Positions 25,401 through 38,880 of a stretch of DNA of 64,000 nucleotides are shown piece after piece. Position numbers and translations under genes: made by a program. The DNA comes from Sphaerodactylus townsendi (taxonomy: Eukaryota): the NCBI RefSeq assembly GCF_021028975.2, contig NC_059438.1, positions 15,376,001-15,440,000 on the forward strand. The letters are read 5' to 3'. Under the pieces are notes generated by a model, which worked only from the letters and a program-made list of their open reading frames with translations, had not been told where the DNA came from and did not search any database. The stretch's first letter is position 1. The number at the start of each line of letters is the position of its first letter.

Positions 25401-28400
25401 CCATTTCCAGCAATTGGTGTGCGGAAGAGTCAAAGGCCGAAAGCAGATCTGGGTTATCTTCTGTCACGGCCTGCAAGCAAGATGCTGTGGAAACAAAGAC
25501 ACATGGGAAACTTTTCACTTTCTCTGGCTCACTGATCCGATTCAGCTTCAGCCAGATTGCGTGACTGTGACATTTTAAAACCTAAATTATCCCTCTGAGT
25601 CACCATTTTCCTGCCACTTACCCACTGCCACAGCCAGGTCCACATTTGTCTGAAATCTCTTCAAATACTGGAGCACGACAGGCAGGCATCCTTCTCTGTT
25701 GAAGATGGAGACGGCTGTGCTGTTGCTTTCGCTAACAAGGAAACAAAGAGCTTGAGCAAACTTGCCTGCCTTATACTGAATCAGAAGAATTTCTATACCT
25801 TGGCTAAACTCTATTGAAATATCAAACTGGAAGTGCAAAATGACAATATATTAAATGTCTACATAAGCATGGACACAATGACAATTAGCCACAGAAGTCT
25901 TGCAAGAAGTCAGTACATATCCAATATTGGTGCTCAAATACAAAAACAGTTATCAGTGCAAACACATGAGGCCTCTGGTATCTACTTGTTTCATGGACCC
26001 AGTGTCTTCTGGTGAGCATCATGACCGACAACACGAATTTGAATCTTGGTCTCCCCCATCCCATCCAATCCCCCAATCATTACCAGACTGGGCCGCTATC
26101 ACTTATATCTATTCCGGAATAAGGCCAACATCAAGTATTCACTCATACAATAAAACAGACCCACAAACCGTGTTAACAATGCTTGCTCAAGCAAGACACA
26201 ACTTAAGAGTACAATCCTATGCAGAGTTACTCCAGTCCAAACCCACTGGAATTAAAGTAAACAAATTGCATGCCCCATTGGTACCGTTGTTTTCTCTGCT
26301 CAAGAAACAGAGCTGTTTGTTTCTTTGCAAGGACTAAACCTCGTCCCTCCATTTGGTTCTCAAAAGGGGTGAACACAAACGCACACATACGCAGCAGCTA
26401 TTTCCAACTGGCACTTACCACACATTCCACAACAAGTTCACGGCCTCATTGGCTATGTCTTCAGTATAATTCTTGTTTGTGTCTTTGGTGCCTTTCACAG
26501 AGCCGTTGCTCTCCTCCAGCCCTGACTGGCACTATTGTAATCAAGGCAGTCCAAATAAAATAAAATAAAAATAAGTTGAAACATACTTCACTGTCATTGG
26601 AGAAGTTATATTTGTTAAGTCCTAGAAAGAATGTTAAAACTAACTCTGCAGAGAGAAGAATGTCCTCTTTCCTAGCCACTGGCAGCAGGTAACAGCCAGC
26701 ATAATGATTAGAGTGTGAAACTAGAATCTGTAAGACCCAGGTTTGAATCTCAGTTCCGCCTTGGCAGTCACACGCTCTCAACCTAATCTACTTCACAGGG
26801 GTATTGCAAGTATGAAACGAAGAACAATGTAAGCAGCTTTAGGTCATCACTGAGGAAAAAGGTGGGATACAAATGAATCGTTGTCAGATCTAGAGACTGG
26901 AGACAATAATCGGACTTATGATATTGAATCAGAAGTCTTTATTGATCCCAGCAAATACCTGGCTTTCAGAAAGCCAGTTCTGCTGGACTAAGACAAAACA
27001 GACGCCTTTTCCCCCTCAGGTTTCCCGCCAGAATTCCTCCCTCCCGGATTCTCATGGAATGTGAGAAAGATACAATGGAAAGAGGTCTCAAGGCCAACGC
27101 GGCGATAGCTCTCTGTCACTTGCTGTAGTTAAGTACAGTTACAAGCATCAAAGGACAGAGAAATAGCAGAAACTAATATCCATTCACGTGTCAGAAAGTA
27201 AAGGCAATTGCTTCCCCCTCCCCGCTCAGGTGTGATTCTTCGCCCTGCCTCAAACCCCTTGGATAGCAGGAAGACAGCATCCTGACAATCATACGACTCC
27301 TGAAATTCCCCAAACACCCACAAATCTGGAGACAGCTGGATTAAATGGATCAATGCCCACCCTCAGTGTAAGGTTAAGTCTATTGTTGGGCTGTAGAGGA
27401 GAGCAATGCTGTTATTGTAATTGTATTTTCTTGTCCTTTAGTCCCCTGAGGGAGACACTTTACTTCATTTATGCTCCTCCTTTTGCCCCAATGAAAAAGC
27501 AGCATTCTCCCCACCTCCATTTTATCCAGCTGACAACCTTGTGAAATAGTTTAGCGTGAAAGCATGTGACTGGCCCAATGCCGCAACCACCCCCAGCTTC
27601 CACGGCAGAGCAGGAATTTGAACCTGGGTCTCCCAGATTCCTAGTTTGGCACTCGATCCCGCTAGCCCATGTTGACACAGCCCATTTTAATCCAGAAACT
27701 GGTGGAAACAAAGACCACAGCAAGTCTGCATACCTGCTTCAGTAGAGCTACGAGGGGCGTCATGACATCTTTCGTAACCATGTCGTCACAAACGTCAAAC
27801 CCTCCGCAGGCGCTGAGATTGCTGTAAACAAAAGCCAAAGCACAGAAATGTAGAGATGGAAGGGGTCTCAAGGGTCATCCAGTCCACCCCCCTGAACAGT
27901 GCAAGAAACTCACAACGGCCTCACCCAAGGGCCCCTGCTCTATCTCCAGACAAAGGCAAAAAACCTCCAGGATTCTTGGCCAATCTGGCCTGGAGGAAAA
28001 TTACTGCTTGACCCTGAAGCAGCGATCAGCATTTCCTTCGGAATGTAAGAAAAGGCCACAAGAGGCTGAGAACTGACTCGTCCCTCACCTCAAACACATA
28101 TTTTCCCCCCTTTGGAACAAATCAGGTTGATGGGTTTTTTAAGTTGAGTTGACCTATTCAAGATGAATGAGTCATTCAACCGTTACCAGCCAAGATGGCT
28201 GAATGGAACCTCTACGTTTACAGGCAAGCAATGCCACAAATATGGGATCCTGGTGACAAATATGGAAGGCTGCGATCTGGATTCCCCACAGTTGGGAACA
28301 GGACACATGAAAAGATGGCTCTTTGGTCTGAATCCAGGTGACGCTTTCCAGGTGAAAGGCAAAGCAGAAGAATCTACTGAAGCACCGTTACGTCTCCAAA

Positions 28401-29958
28401 AGCATCATCCCGCTCTCGTTTGCCTGTCCCACTCCACCAGACAAGATTCAGGACTCACCGAAGGGCTCCCGTAGCCGTCTCTCGGACCGCCAGGCTCTGA
28501 TCGAGCAGCATGGGCCCCAAACATCGGACGACATCTCTTTGGACAAAGGCCGGGATTGTCTGCTTCTGTTGCAGGAGTTTGGAAATGCTGGCACAAGCAA
28601 ATTCTCTCACATCGGCACTAGGGTCTTGCAGCTACAAAAAATATAGATATATGAACGAGCGAAGTTAGAAGCTTGCACAATCATGTGTACCCTGTTTTTC
28701 CCCTGCAGGGTCCAACTATACAACGACAGCCAGCTACGGTTGGGTCTTAACCCAGAATCTGGAGCCACAGTTCAGGTTTGTTTACACAGGAAGGTTTCCT
28801 TTCTCTCCATGGCATGAGTATATTCTGAACGTTTTGTTCTGTTTTCCTGAGAAGAACTGGAGGGAACTGTGCTAGTACCAGGAGTCGGAAAAGCGTTCTC
28901 CGTCTATGATCCAAGGGAAAGAGGGAATAAGAAATTGGGATTCCACCCCCCACGAGTTGTTGCGGGTCTTCCACTTATTTGTATGAAACTGTTTTGTTGA
29001 ACGCTGAAGTTGGTTCGAGGGGATCACCCCAAAGATCCACCAGCCCAAAATCTGGCAGAGCATTTATCTGGGCCAAGAAACACCTGTTAGTAAGTCAAAT
29101 ATCAGTTAAGTATTTTAGCTAATATTAATTAAGCATTTTTAAAAAAGCATTAACTGTATCAGATTACAACTGGAGAAACCTGATTTCAGAGGGCCACTCT
29201 ATCACCCAGTGGAGCGCTCACACTTCTTCAGCACCTACCTCGAAGGGCTGTGGTGATAACAGCGGAGGGAAGCCCCGTGCCTGAGGAGGATGCACAGGGC
29301 TTTGTAAAAATACGAGATAAAGCAAAAGAGGTGCAGTACAGTGTAAAAGCATAAACAGAAACAGATCACCGTACTGGCGGCTGCTAAAAAGACCAGTACT
29401 ACATACATACATAGGCCTTTACTGGGATTAAAAGTATAACCCAGTATAATAATTAAAAGGAGCCACAGTTTGATTCACGTTAAAAGTAATATAAAACAGA
29501 GCAGGAAACAACATTATAAAAAATGCATACGTTATAATTTCTCAGTACCTACAACTGGCACTTATTCCGAACAATTCCTAACGGCGCCCTGTAGGAAACC
29601 GGCTACCCTCTCACTGCAGAAGGACTAGGTCCAATTGGTTATAAAGTGCAGCTACTGGACCTCCGCAGAGCAACCCTACAAACCGTCATGCACAGGAGCC
29701 GGGTTTATGCCAGGGCGTTGGCAACCCCAGTTTGCAAGAGGGCATGCAAGACTTGCGGCTTTTGGACCCAGAAGAAGGAAGCAGGGAAGGAAGGAAGGAA
29801 GGAAGAGGGCCGGGCTGCTTGCTCTTCCCCACCTTCTCCAGCAGCTCCGCCGCCGCGGCCGCCTCCCCTCCTTCGGCCTCGCCGCTTCGGAGCGGCTTCG
29901 GAGCCCCGGCCGGCGAGAAGGGCGGCCGCCCGAACCGCTTGGCTTTGCTCTTGCCCAT
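22403..29958 (-). CDS. HEATR3: HEAT repeat-containing protein 3 (Syo1 homologue), exons 1-10 only; 3' exons absent
   Basis: Exons: 29958-29833 ([16 protein letters not shown]...AAELLEK), 28631-28459 ([14 protein letters not shown]...[11 protein letters not shown]), 27821-27734 ([29 protein letters not shown]), 26531-26419, 25731-25622, 25484-25344, 24334-24054, 23795-23705 ([17 protein letters not shown]), 22943-22789 ([18 protein letters not shown] acidic loop), 22485-22403 ([27 protein letters not shown]). All are GT-AG with consistent phases; 1361 nt total and no stop codon is reached. Confidence 0.96.
23304..23602 (+). mobile_element. tRNA-derived SINE (Squam3-like)
   Basis: Head cagcatggtgtagtggttaagagc...ggtttgattcccc (A/B-box-like); (TTC)n tail. 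Confidence 0.85.
24437..24957 (-). mobile_element. Two tandem Squam3-like SINE copies (24437-24601 partial, 24655-24957 full)
   Basis: Two successive gaagaagag-tttggatttata...cacctttctctc starts. Confidence 0.8.
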
Positions 29959-30185
29959 CAGCCCGGCCTGGGCAGCCGCCAGGAGGGGACCCCGATCCGC
30001 TCGGAAAGGTAGCCCGGCCCGCCTCCCCCACGTGGCCGCTGGGGCGCAGGCGCGGAGAGCACAGCCGGAGTCCGCCCAGGAGGGGGCTGGCCTGGCCTGG
30101 CCGGGAGGAGGAGGAAAGCTGGGTGCGTGGGTGGCTGAGCTCCCGGGCCTTGCAAACTTATATGGGGTGGGCGGCAGGGTCGGAT
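29790..30185 (-). promoter_or_regulatory. CpG island / HEATR3 promoter and first exon
   Basis: CpG-dense, GC-rich region around the HEATR3 ATG; E-box CACGTG at 30029-30034 and GC-box-like motifs. Confidence 0.75.
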
Positions 30186-30299
30186 TGAGACTCTTAAAAG
30201 GACCCAAGCACTGGAAAGAGTATGGAACTCCCCTACACTGTATGTGCAATTCGAAATAAAAACAATACTAAAATGTTCTATACATATACACGTAGACAC

Positions 30300-30347
<48 letters not shown>
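30300..30347. repeat. (ATTG)n microsatellite, at the tail of an L2-like fragment
   Basis: About 12 perfect ATTG units followed by tttataggccgcc...ggcggctcaca. Confidence 0.9.
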
Positions 30348-30350
<3 letters not shown>

Positions 30351-32209
30351 TTATAGGCCGCCTCACCGCCAAAGGGCTCCAGGCGGCTCACAGTACAACT
30401 GTTTCCAATAACAGCACATAAAATACATGAATAAAACTTAACCCCATTAAAACAAATTTCCAACCGCAGCAGTTACTTAAAATTTAAATAAAGTTAAGAG
30501 CAAGCAAATTAAAAATACTGTTTATATACATTTTAAAATGAAATAAAATGGGCTACGGAGAAGGAGGGAGGCAGGAGAGGACTATTTCCCTCCCCCCCCC
30601 CTTCGTTTTCCAAGCTCTGTGCCATGTGGGAAACAGGCACGAGGCCCCGATCCTCGCTGAGGACTGGGCTCTTTGGGTTGTATTTAAAATTGATGGGATT
30701 TTATTCAGGACATATTTTGGGTATCATATTTTTACAGCTATTAAAGCTGCCTTGAGCTGGGCTACAGGATGGGAAAGAACAGATCAAATAAGTAAATACA
30801 CTTGGCAAATACTAGGACCCATTCTATATTCAACACAAGGAGCTAGTCAAGGATTCTTAAAACATTTTGGCACAGTTTTATACTTTGGAAGGTGGGGTCA
30901 AAAAGAAAGTAACTTTCATGAAGTACTATTATATTTACCACTTTAAAAATTAGCAAATTTAGTTTCTGTTAGAACCACGGGAACCTTCATAATCACACTG
31001 GCTGTGGCAAACCATGCGTTCCTTCTCCTCCATGCGATTCTGTTATTCAGTATCAACAACATGTTTGTTATTTGAAATCAATAACATCCTTTTTTCACAC
31101 TGAGAAGCCAGAAACCTCTGCTATAACTTCCTGCCCCGTTTTGAATTCCCACTTTTGTAAGATACTACATCCACACTAACCCAAACCATTAGCCACCCTA
31201 AAGAATTTAAAGCTTCGTACCAGATTGTCCTCGTGAGCAGCCGCTGCTGGTCTTATAGAGATGGATAAAAGAGTCAGGAAATCTCTTCATTGTGTAGAGA
31301 GGCTGAAACGTCTTAAATATTCCAGTGTTGTTCCAGATAATTTCTGGATAGCATATCCCTCTTTCCACTGCAGCGCAGCGCAGCTCAGGGCATGTGTTTG
31401 CTGTTTCCAGTCCAAACCGTAAGGCTCCAGTGAAGACCAAGGAAGATGGGGCCTGTGATTTTGCCGGAGAGGGCGGCGTTTCTTTCCTGCTAAATAGACA
31501 TGTCGAGACAAGTCCCTGGGCCAATGACAGACCTGATCCAATTTATTGCCTCTCAGTACGGGCACCAAACGCCAGGACCAAAGCAATTAACTGAATACAG
31601 GTACACGATTTTTGCGTTTTACCCAATACGGGTTTGAGAGCTGACACTTTATCGGTGATCCACAGGCCATATTACAGAGGCGAAAGAGATGGCACCTTTT
31701 AAGATTTATAGCCACCGCTTTGCAAGATTCGGCAAATGATGTGTGCTGAATGTTCGTAAATTCAGGAAAGAGATTCTACGGATGTTCAGAATTCATTTGT
31801 TTTATTTTGTACATTTTAAAATTTCGTTTTCTCATGCAAAGAGCTTAAAGGAGCATCCATGGCCTCCTCTCCTCCATGTTATGCTCACAACCATCCTGTA
31901 AGGTAGGCCAGGTTGAGGGGCAAAGAGTTCCATAGTTACAATGCCCAGAAAGTCAATTCTTTATGGTATTCTCGGACTGGACTCTGTGGGTAATCTGCAT
32001 CCAAGCCTAGCCCTGCATACATATATCTGGATAGTTTGGGACCATCATGGGGTACGCCAACCCAATAATTTCAAATCCAACATTTATATACTCACAGTTG
32101 TAAAAAAATGCCAGCAAACATATTATTATAAAGTTATTTATTTTTATACATGTTTCCTACAAAAATGTACATTTAAAAGCAAAAAAAGGTGAGCATTTGT
32201 AGAACACTT

Positions 32210-33454
32210 CAAGAGCACAGTGTTTTATTGCTGCGGGTACATAATTTTGATACCAACATTGTTTCTGGTTTCACGTTCAGTGCCATGAAGTCTTGCTTGC
32301 AGACGATGTTCCTATGTGTCCAGCTTATATGCACTCTTTAAATGTTAGACTCTATTTAAAAAGAATTTGAAACAGGGTCTAAAAGGCATAGGGAGGGCTT
32401 AAAATTCAATCGCACATGGTCTCAAAATATACTGTGTGTAACAAGCCACGTCTCTTAACACTTTTTAATAAGGTCGGTTCAGATTGCGGAGTTGGCCGTA
32501 CAAATTAATTTCTTTCATCAGCCTCTGATGATACCACTGTGGAAGTTACTGGTGGAAGGATCCTGCGCTTGATTCAAGGGCCGCTGTCACTTTTAAAGCT
32601 TGTCCAAAAAGTGACTGTGGAACGTTCAAATGACCAAGTTCCATGCCATGGTGGGAAACGAAAGACACAAGGAAACCACATCATAGGACCACAACCACAT
32701 CTCCAGGGACATGGTGAGGCCAAAGGATTACCTGAACCATTCTGCCTTCAAAAGTTTGTGGCACTTTTTTATCAAGTAGTTTTGAATCTGAAGTTAAGCA
32801 ATACTCATTTCATGGCCAAAGCTATCACAGTGTAAATTGCACATACAATACATTGCTGTTATGCTTACAGAGGGTTTAATCATCATAATGATTAAACTAG
32901 TCCTACTGGAATTTGCTGAAAATATCAATGCGGGAAAGCCGAAGTGCTGTATCTAATGCAACAAAAGTTAAATGGAAGCAGATGCGAAAGAAAGAGCAAT
33001 TCACCATCAACAGAGAAGTTATTTTATGCAGACAGGAGGATGGATGCCTGCAAAAGACGGTCTTCATGAACGAAGGAGTGTGTTGGCAAAATGACGCACG
33101 ACTGGAGAATTAAATGTTTCTTTCAAATACTGGTTCTTGAGAGCAAATCCACACTGTGTTAATTTCTTTCAGCCTTTTTTGCATGGTGGAACCACCTTGC
33201 CAGTAGCATCGCTGAAGATGGAACCCTCTCAAGCAGAACATTAATACTGTGAGGGGGGGAAATTGAAAGCGCAGGCCACACAAAACAAAGAGACTGTGAA
33301 TAAATATACCAGCTGTTGCACGCTTCCCATCAGTGGTACAGACACAGACTAATGCTGTTCAGACCTGTTTGGCCTCACAGCCATGATGAAAAAGTCTCTT
33401 GCTTTTTTTTGTTTGTTTGTTTCTCTGGTGACAGAGTCTTTGGAAGATGGATGG
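32210..33454 (-). other. CNEP1R1: CNEP1R1 3'UTR, putative AATAAA at 32224-32229
   Basis: AT-rich sequence downstream of the stop; plus-strand tttatt at 32224-32229. The end is inferred. Confidence 0.5.
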
Positions 33455-36400
33455 TTACTGGACGTGAAGGCGGGGTTTCAATATTAGCTTTCCAGTCTGG
33501 GGAGGAAAGAAAAGAATCAAACTTCACACCAGCTTCAGCATTTTAGTTCCATTTCTGTATCGATTTACAAGTTTTAACTGCTCACATCAGCACGGCGTTA
33601 AACCACCAAATGCGGAATAACCGAGAAATCCCAAATACTGATAGTTTTAGATTAAACCTTGAATACCAAAGAGAGATTGGATTGTATCCTGCTTTCCTGC
33701 TCAATAAAATTCAAAGGCTTCCACCATCCTGAGTCAGTTTTCCAGAGAAATAATAATCACTTAAGCTAAAGAAGGCTTGTGTGTCTGGGGGGAGGGGGGG
33801 CATCTTCTTTGCACAGTGAAGCAACAGGGTAGAGACATCAAATGCATTTTGTACTGCTCAAAAAAATTGAATGTGTCCGATCCTCATCTTTCTCTGTTGC
33901 TAAAATCAACCTTTTGATTTTAGCACCTTTCTAACTGTAGGCTGCCTATGGGCCCAAGGTTTCAAATGAGGACCACCCAGTCTGTAGAAGACAAACAGAA
34001 AAAGGGATTTATGGATGCTCCTCTCTGATGGGAGGGAGAAACCAGGAGCAAGTAATGCAAAATGGCACAATGAAGGCCAAAGACAGGGGAAGTCACAGAG
34101 GACAGTTCAACACACAAGCCAAAAGATCTTGCTCTGTCCCACGTTATACTTCTGACTCCAGCTCCAAAACTCACAGATAAAGCCGGAACAACTTACATCA
34201 TCGCAAGACATATTGTACTCTGCCAGGACCGTCCGACATCGAGCGGCTATTCTGCACACAGTGTGTCAAAGAAATATGTCAGGCTTTAGACTCTGAATAA
34301 GTAAAGCAAGACTTTACTGATGCATTACTTGTATTCTCATAATCCATCATTTTAACCACTTCATTGCACTGGTGTGGTAAAGGCATAGGGAAATAATGAG
34401 AGCTTAAAATCTATAGGGAAGGATAAGGCAGGTTCCTCTAAGTGTTTTAATTCCAGAATGTTTGGCCAATTGACCTCTGCTTCATCTGCTAACAAGCCTT
34501 GTAGCAAAGGAACCAAAATTGGAAGAGCTCCTAGATAGATAAAAAGGGATAGGAAGGCCAAATTACACTTTCAACAGTTTCTCCCAGAAAAGATTATATT
34601 CACTTAAGTTTTGTGGGCATCTCTTGGAGTTCCCTGACTTTTTTATTCCTATAATTCCTTGCAAGCCTTTACAGACTGCATCCCCTCTAGATACTGAAAA
34701 CAGCTGCTTGCTGGAGAGAGAATTAGGTCATGTCTCTATGGTTAAGAGTGCCAGGCTGAGAAGAGACAGAGATGACCAGTGTAGTCGTGTCTCTATGGTA
34801 AAGAGTGCCAGGTGGGGAAGGGACAGAGGTGACCTGTTGTCACATCCAAATAGTTCCAGAAGTGAGAGTCCTTTGAAGCCAATGTGTTTGTGTTCTATGT
34901 TTTCACTTGCCATTCCAAGAAGACTTATTATTCCCAGAAGAAACAATACTTTAAAAAGAAAAAAAATCGAACACCAAGTAATTCTGCTTGAAAACTTGGT
35001 AAAATAAATGACCATTACTGTTTGGCATACATCTTGCTATTTCAACCAGGAAGTACTCTGAAAAGGATACATCGAGGGCGCCACAACTCTTTTATGTATT
35101 CCAGCAAAAAATAACCCTATCAGGGTAATACAGCTAATGGTGAAGAATGGGTGATTCCACAGTGATGTGAAAAAAGATACCTAGGAGAGAACCAAAAGAT
35201 TATTCTATTGAAATTCCCACTGATTTAAATGAATAGACTTGCAGTTAAAATACTACTACTTTTTTTTTTAATTCCAGAACACTTGCAGCCCAATCCAAAG
35301 GAATGGAGAGGGAGAAAAGTCCACAGTAAAAATTAGTTATGCTATCTTTTTTAGTGGCATAAGTCTGCACCACTGATGTGGAGTCTGAAAGTCCTTTGGG
35401 AGCCAACTAAAGTAGGTTCCACCCTGGGAAACCCCCCGGAACATTGGTGTGGGCATTTGCAGCAACAGCTAGCCACTTCAGGGGCCAGCTTCTAGGTTGG
35501 CGACTGTGGTGGTTGGCGGCCAAGGGAGGTCCCTTGGCGCCGGCGTCCATGCCAATTTGCATGCCACTGGTGGCATGGAAGCCGGCGCAACCCTTCTGCT
35601 TTTTCCAACACGGCTTCACACCCCGCCCCCTTTGGATTGCTCAATGAATGTTGCAGTAGACAGAAATAACACACAATCATTAATAGTTTCTGATGCTCCT
35701 ATTCACCATCAGCTTCATTCTACCAAAGTTATTTCACGCCACTGAAGTCATTCCCATGTGGAGTTACTCCTCTGATTTTGAAGGGCTCATGATGGAGTAA
35801 CCTAGCATCATTATCCCTCTCCAAACACTGTATTTAAAGCTAATTCAAAAAATGCAATAGGAACCTCACACAGTTGAAACCTCATGGGAAGATAACACCT
35901 ACTTTCTGGGTTTCTGGATCGATCAGCCAGTTCCAAGCACCAGTAGCTGTACATACAGACACCACTATAAGAATTACTAATGAAAAAAAGTGAAAAAATC
36001 AAAATAAGGTTATAAGAAAGCAATAGATAGTTCTTTGTTAGAGACATCCTGTCGAATACTTTCTGCATTATTTCAAACTTTTGCTCTCTTAGTCATATAG
36101 TATTGCTTATTAGATGTCCCCACTGACTACATTTCTACTAAAACAATAGGCCTGGTTTGTATAAAAAAGAGCACTACGAGTTAGATGGACAGTAGTACTA
36201 AAGACATGTTGCTGGTAATTTTCTTCATATAGATACTCTTTTTCTCTCCCTCAGTATAATAATACAGCATGCTTTAAAAAAAAGTTTGAAAGTATATTGG
36301 TATGATCTGATCCAAGTATTAATTGCCCATTTCCAACCCCATTGGAAAGCCACAGACTTACTTCTCCATCGCCCCGTAGCTGGTTGCAAACAAGCGATGT

Positions 36401-38597
36401 ATTCCGTAAGTCTCCTTTCAAAAGCCTTGAGATCTGGAACAGAGGAAACAAAAAGCTAAGTATGCTTGCCCTATTTAAGTTTGTGCTTGGGATTCCTGAG
36501 CTTTGTTTGCAAAATAACAACAATAATGTGCCTCAAAATACTGGGTAAGAACCCAAGGATTCTTACACATTCCACCACCACCACCCCCAATACTGAAAAC
36601 TAGTTTAAAAAATGGTAGTCGCCTGTTCTATTATTATTTTTTTCCTGTAGTAAGAAACAGGACGATATGGGGCTGCCTGAACAAAGCGATAACGTAGGAT
36701 TACTCTAGATCAGGGGTGTCAAACTCATTTGTTACAAGGACTGAATATGACACAAATGTGACTTGGATGGGCTGGGCTGGGGAGGGGGGTGGCTGCCTCA
36801 GTTGGTGAGCCTGAAGGGGCTGGCCATTCCAGAAGAGCACTGGAGGAAGCAGTCGGCACAGGGTGGGAGGGGTGACTGCCCCCGTTCATGAGCCCACAGA
36901 CTGCTTGCCAGCCCAACTGGCTCAGCAGGCCAAACCGGGGTGGGGGTGGGGTGGGCAGATTGAGAGTGGGGATCAGCTGGCTCACAGGCCCTCTCAAGGG
37001 GCCGGATCTGGACCCAGGCCACATGTTTGACACTCTTTCATCTAGGTCTGAGATGAAGACTGTTTATTATTCTCTGACATTTGATGTAAGACGCTCAGTT
37101 TTAAAAATACAAGTTTACACAATACACCACATATCCATTATTTGTTTGCAGCACGTTATAAAAGCAGGACTTTACTTGACCAGAACTTTGATTCTCTCCC
37201 ACACATTTAACTTCAGCACTTTTGTGTTCGATTTCTAAGTTTCATTTACTCTGAACAAACATCTAATAAAGGAGGTTAATCTAAAATGAGCAGTGAATGG
37301 TGTCTGCCGCTTGACCAGAAACACAAATACACGATTCCAGAAGGGTAGAGTTAGCCTGTTATAGCAAATGAGCCACTCTCCAATTCCTTGGAGAAAGCAT
37401 AAACTAAAAATATGCTAAATAAATCCACCCCCCCCCCCCCCCCCCACCCCCCCGGCTCGGGGGGTGACCTCAAAAAAGCAAGAATAAATACACTGCCTTG
37501 AGATTGCTGAACTGTGTGTGTTAAGTGCCATCATGTTGCTTCCAATTTATGACTACCCTATCAATTAATCTATTCCCAAACAACCTATGAACAAGGCTTA
37601 CTCAGGAGACACCAAACTAAGTGCTATATATGCTTCATTCTTTAGTGTGAAGTTTTAATTCAACATCTTGTTTCGATGTCTTCCTCTTTTCCTGCTGCCC
37701 TCAACTTTCCCCAGCATTATTGTCTTTTCCAGTGAGTTTTATCTTCTCACAATGTGAACAAAGTATAGTAGTCCAGTAATTTAAGCTTTTAAACTAGAAC
37801 CCACCAATTTGTCATTTTGGTGGTCCACAATATATGTGATTCTTAAGAGTGGGATCAAAATAATCTTAAAAAATAAACATATCTCTCTCTTACACACAAG
37901 CTAGCCCACCTCACAGGGCTATTGTGAGAATGAAAGGGAGGGGGCCAAACCATGCATGCTGACCAGAGTCTTTTGGGGGAAACAAAAACTATTTTTAAAA
38001 ATACAATCATAATAAAATAAACACCAGCAAAATTCATAGTAACCAGTAATATTAAACAGCAGCATAGAATTAAGCCCCCCCTTTTCCCAGGAAAGCAAAC
38101 CACTCAGGGGAAAATAAATGTAGTTTAAGCCAGTAGAAAGAAGAACTGCAGCTGTGGAGGAAGATTCCCATTTCAAGTAGTAAAAAAAGGTGCCAAGGAC
38201 TTCTGAAAGGAATTTATTGGGCTACCTGCTTCAGGCATTGAAACGACGCGTTTGTACCATTGTGCTTTCTGTGTTTTAAATGATCCTGAATTGTTGGCTG
38301 CCTGCTTGGAGCGCTTTGGCTAAGGCGGGGGTGAGTAAAACTTCCTTTCGGATGGAGAAACAAACGAATAAAGTGAAGGCGTAAATATGCCAGGAGGAAG
38401 AAAGGTGGCAGATAAAAGTTGCTACAATAAGGATACATGTTTACTTAAGACAGAATGATTAGGGGAAAGCAGAAACTTTTAGGAGAAACTGGAGAGAGGA
38501 AGAGCCGGCCAAAGGCCCCTTTCCAGTACCTCCCGCACGGTCCTTCTCCTCCCAGGGAGACCCCCCTCTTACCTTCCGCCTGTTCCAGCGAGTTCAT
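33455..38597 (-). CDS. CNEP1R1: CTD nuclear envelope phosphatase 1 regulatory subunit 1 (TMEM188), complete, 125 aa
   Basis: Exons 38597-38573 (MNSLEQAE), 36433-36362 ([24 protein letters not shown]), 35976-35903 ([24 protein letters not shown]), 35180-35071 ([36 protein letters not shown]), 34251-34197 ([18 protein letters not shown]), 33496-33455 ([13 protein letters not shown]). 378 nt = 125 aa plus stop, near-identical to the human protein. Confidence 0.98.
34252..35070 (-). other. U12-type (minor spliceosome) GT-AG intron in CNEP1R1
   Basis: Donor GTATCCTTTT; branch-point-like TTCTTTGAC at 34273-34265, about 15 nt from the CAG acceptor; no polypyrimidine tract. Confidence 0.88.
36711..37038. 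mobile_element. Older hAT MITE
   Basis: caggggtgtcaaac ... gtttgacac termini; inserted at a tctag-type target. Confidence 0.65.
37500..37830 (-). mobile_element. RTE LINE 3' fragment, degenerate
   Basis: Reverse-complement similarity to 16835-17140 (cttcctcttttcctgctgcc...cattattgtcttttccagtgag). Confidence 0.65.
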
Positions 38598-38599
38598 TT

Positions 38600-38880
38600 C
38601 GAGGGGGAGACAAGAGGGCGCCCCCAGGCACCCAACGTTCAGCCTCGCGGCCCCGAGCCCATAGCCAGTCCTGGGGTTTTCCACCTCCTCCCTTCCATCA
38701 GCTAGGCTCCCTCTCTGGCTTCACAACAAGGGAATCATCGCCTCTTGCCATTGGACCGACGATACAAGTGTGGGGCGGGTGCTAAGCAAGCTTCACCACT
38801 ATTGGGCAATTCCTATTGAGGGCAAGTAGCCGAAGAACCGTGGCGAAGGGAAAGGGCAAAGGAGGAAGCGCATGCGTGAT
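38600..38880 (-). promoter_or_regulatory. CNEP1R1 promoter / 5'UTR
   Basis: GC box (ggggcggg, about 38772), two CCAAT boxes (attgg, about 38750 and 38801) and an NRF1-type GCGCATGCG (about 38868) just upstream of exon 1. Confidence 0.65.

Noticed and set aside
29635-30299. Cluster of overlapping 108-187 aa ORFs
   Set aside because: By-product of the stop-poor CpG island; only 29958-29833 is HEATR3 coding sequence.
34731-34835. Two direct repeats of about 57 bp (tgtctctatggt.aagagtgccagg)
   Set aside because: Local duplication of a SINE-head-like fragment; two units only, not a CRISPR-like or structured array.
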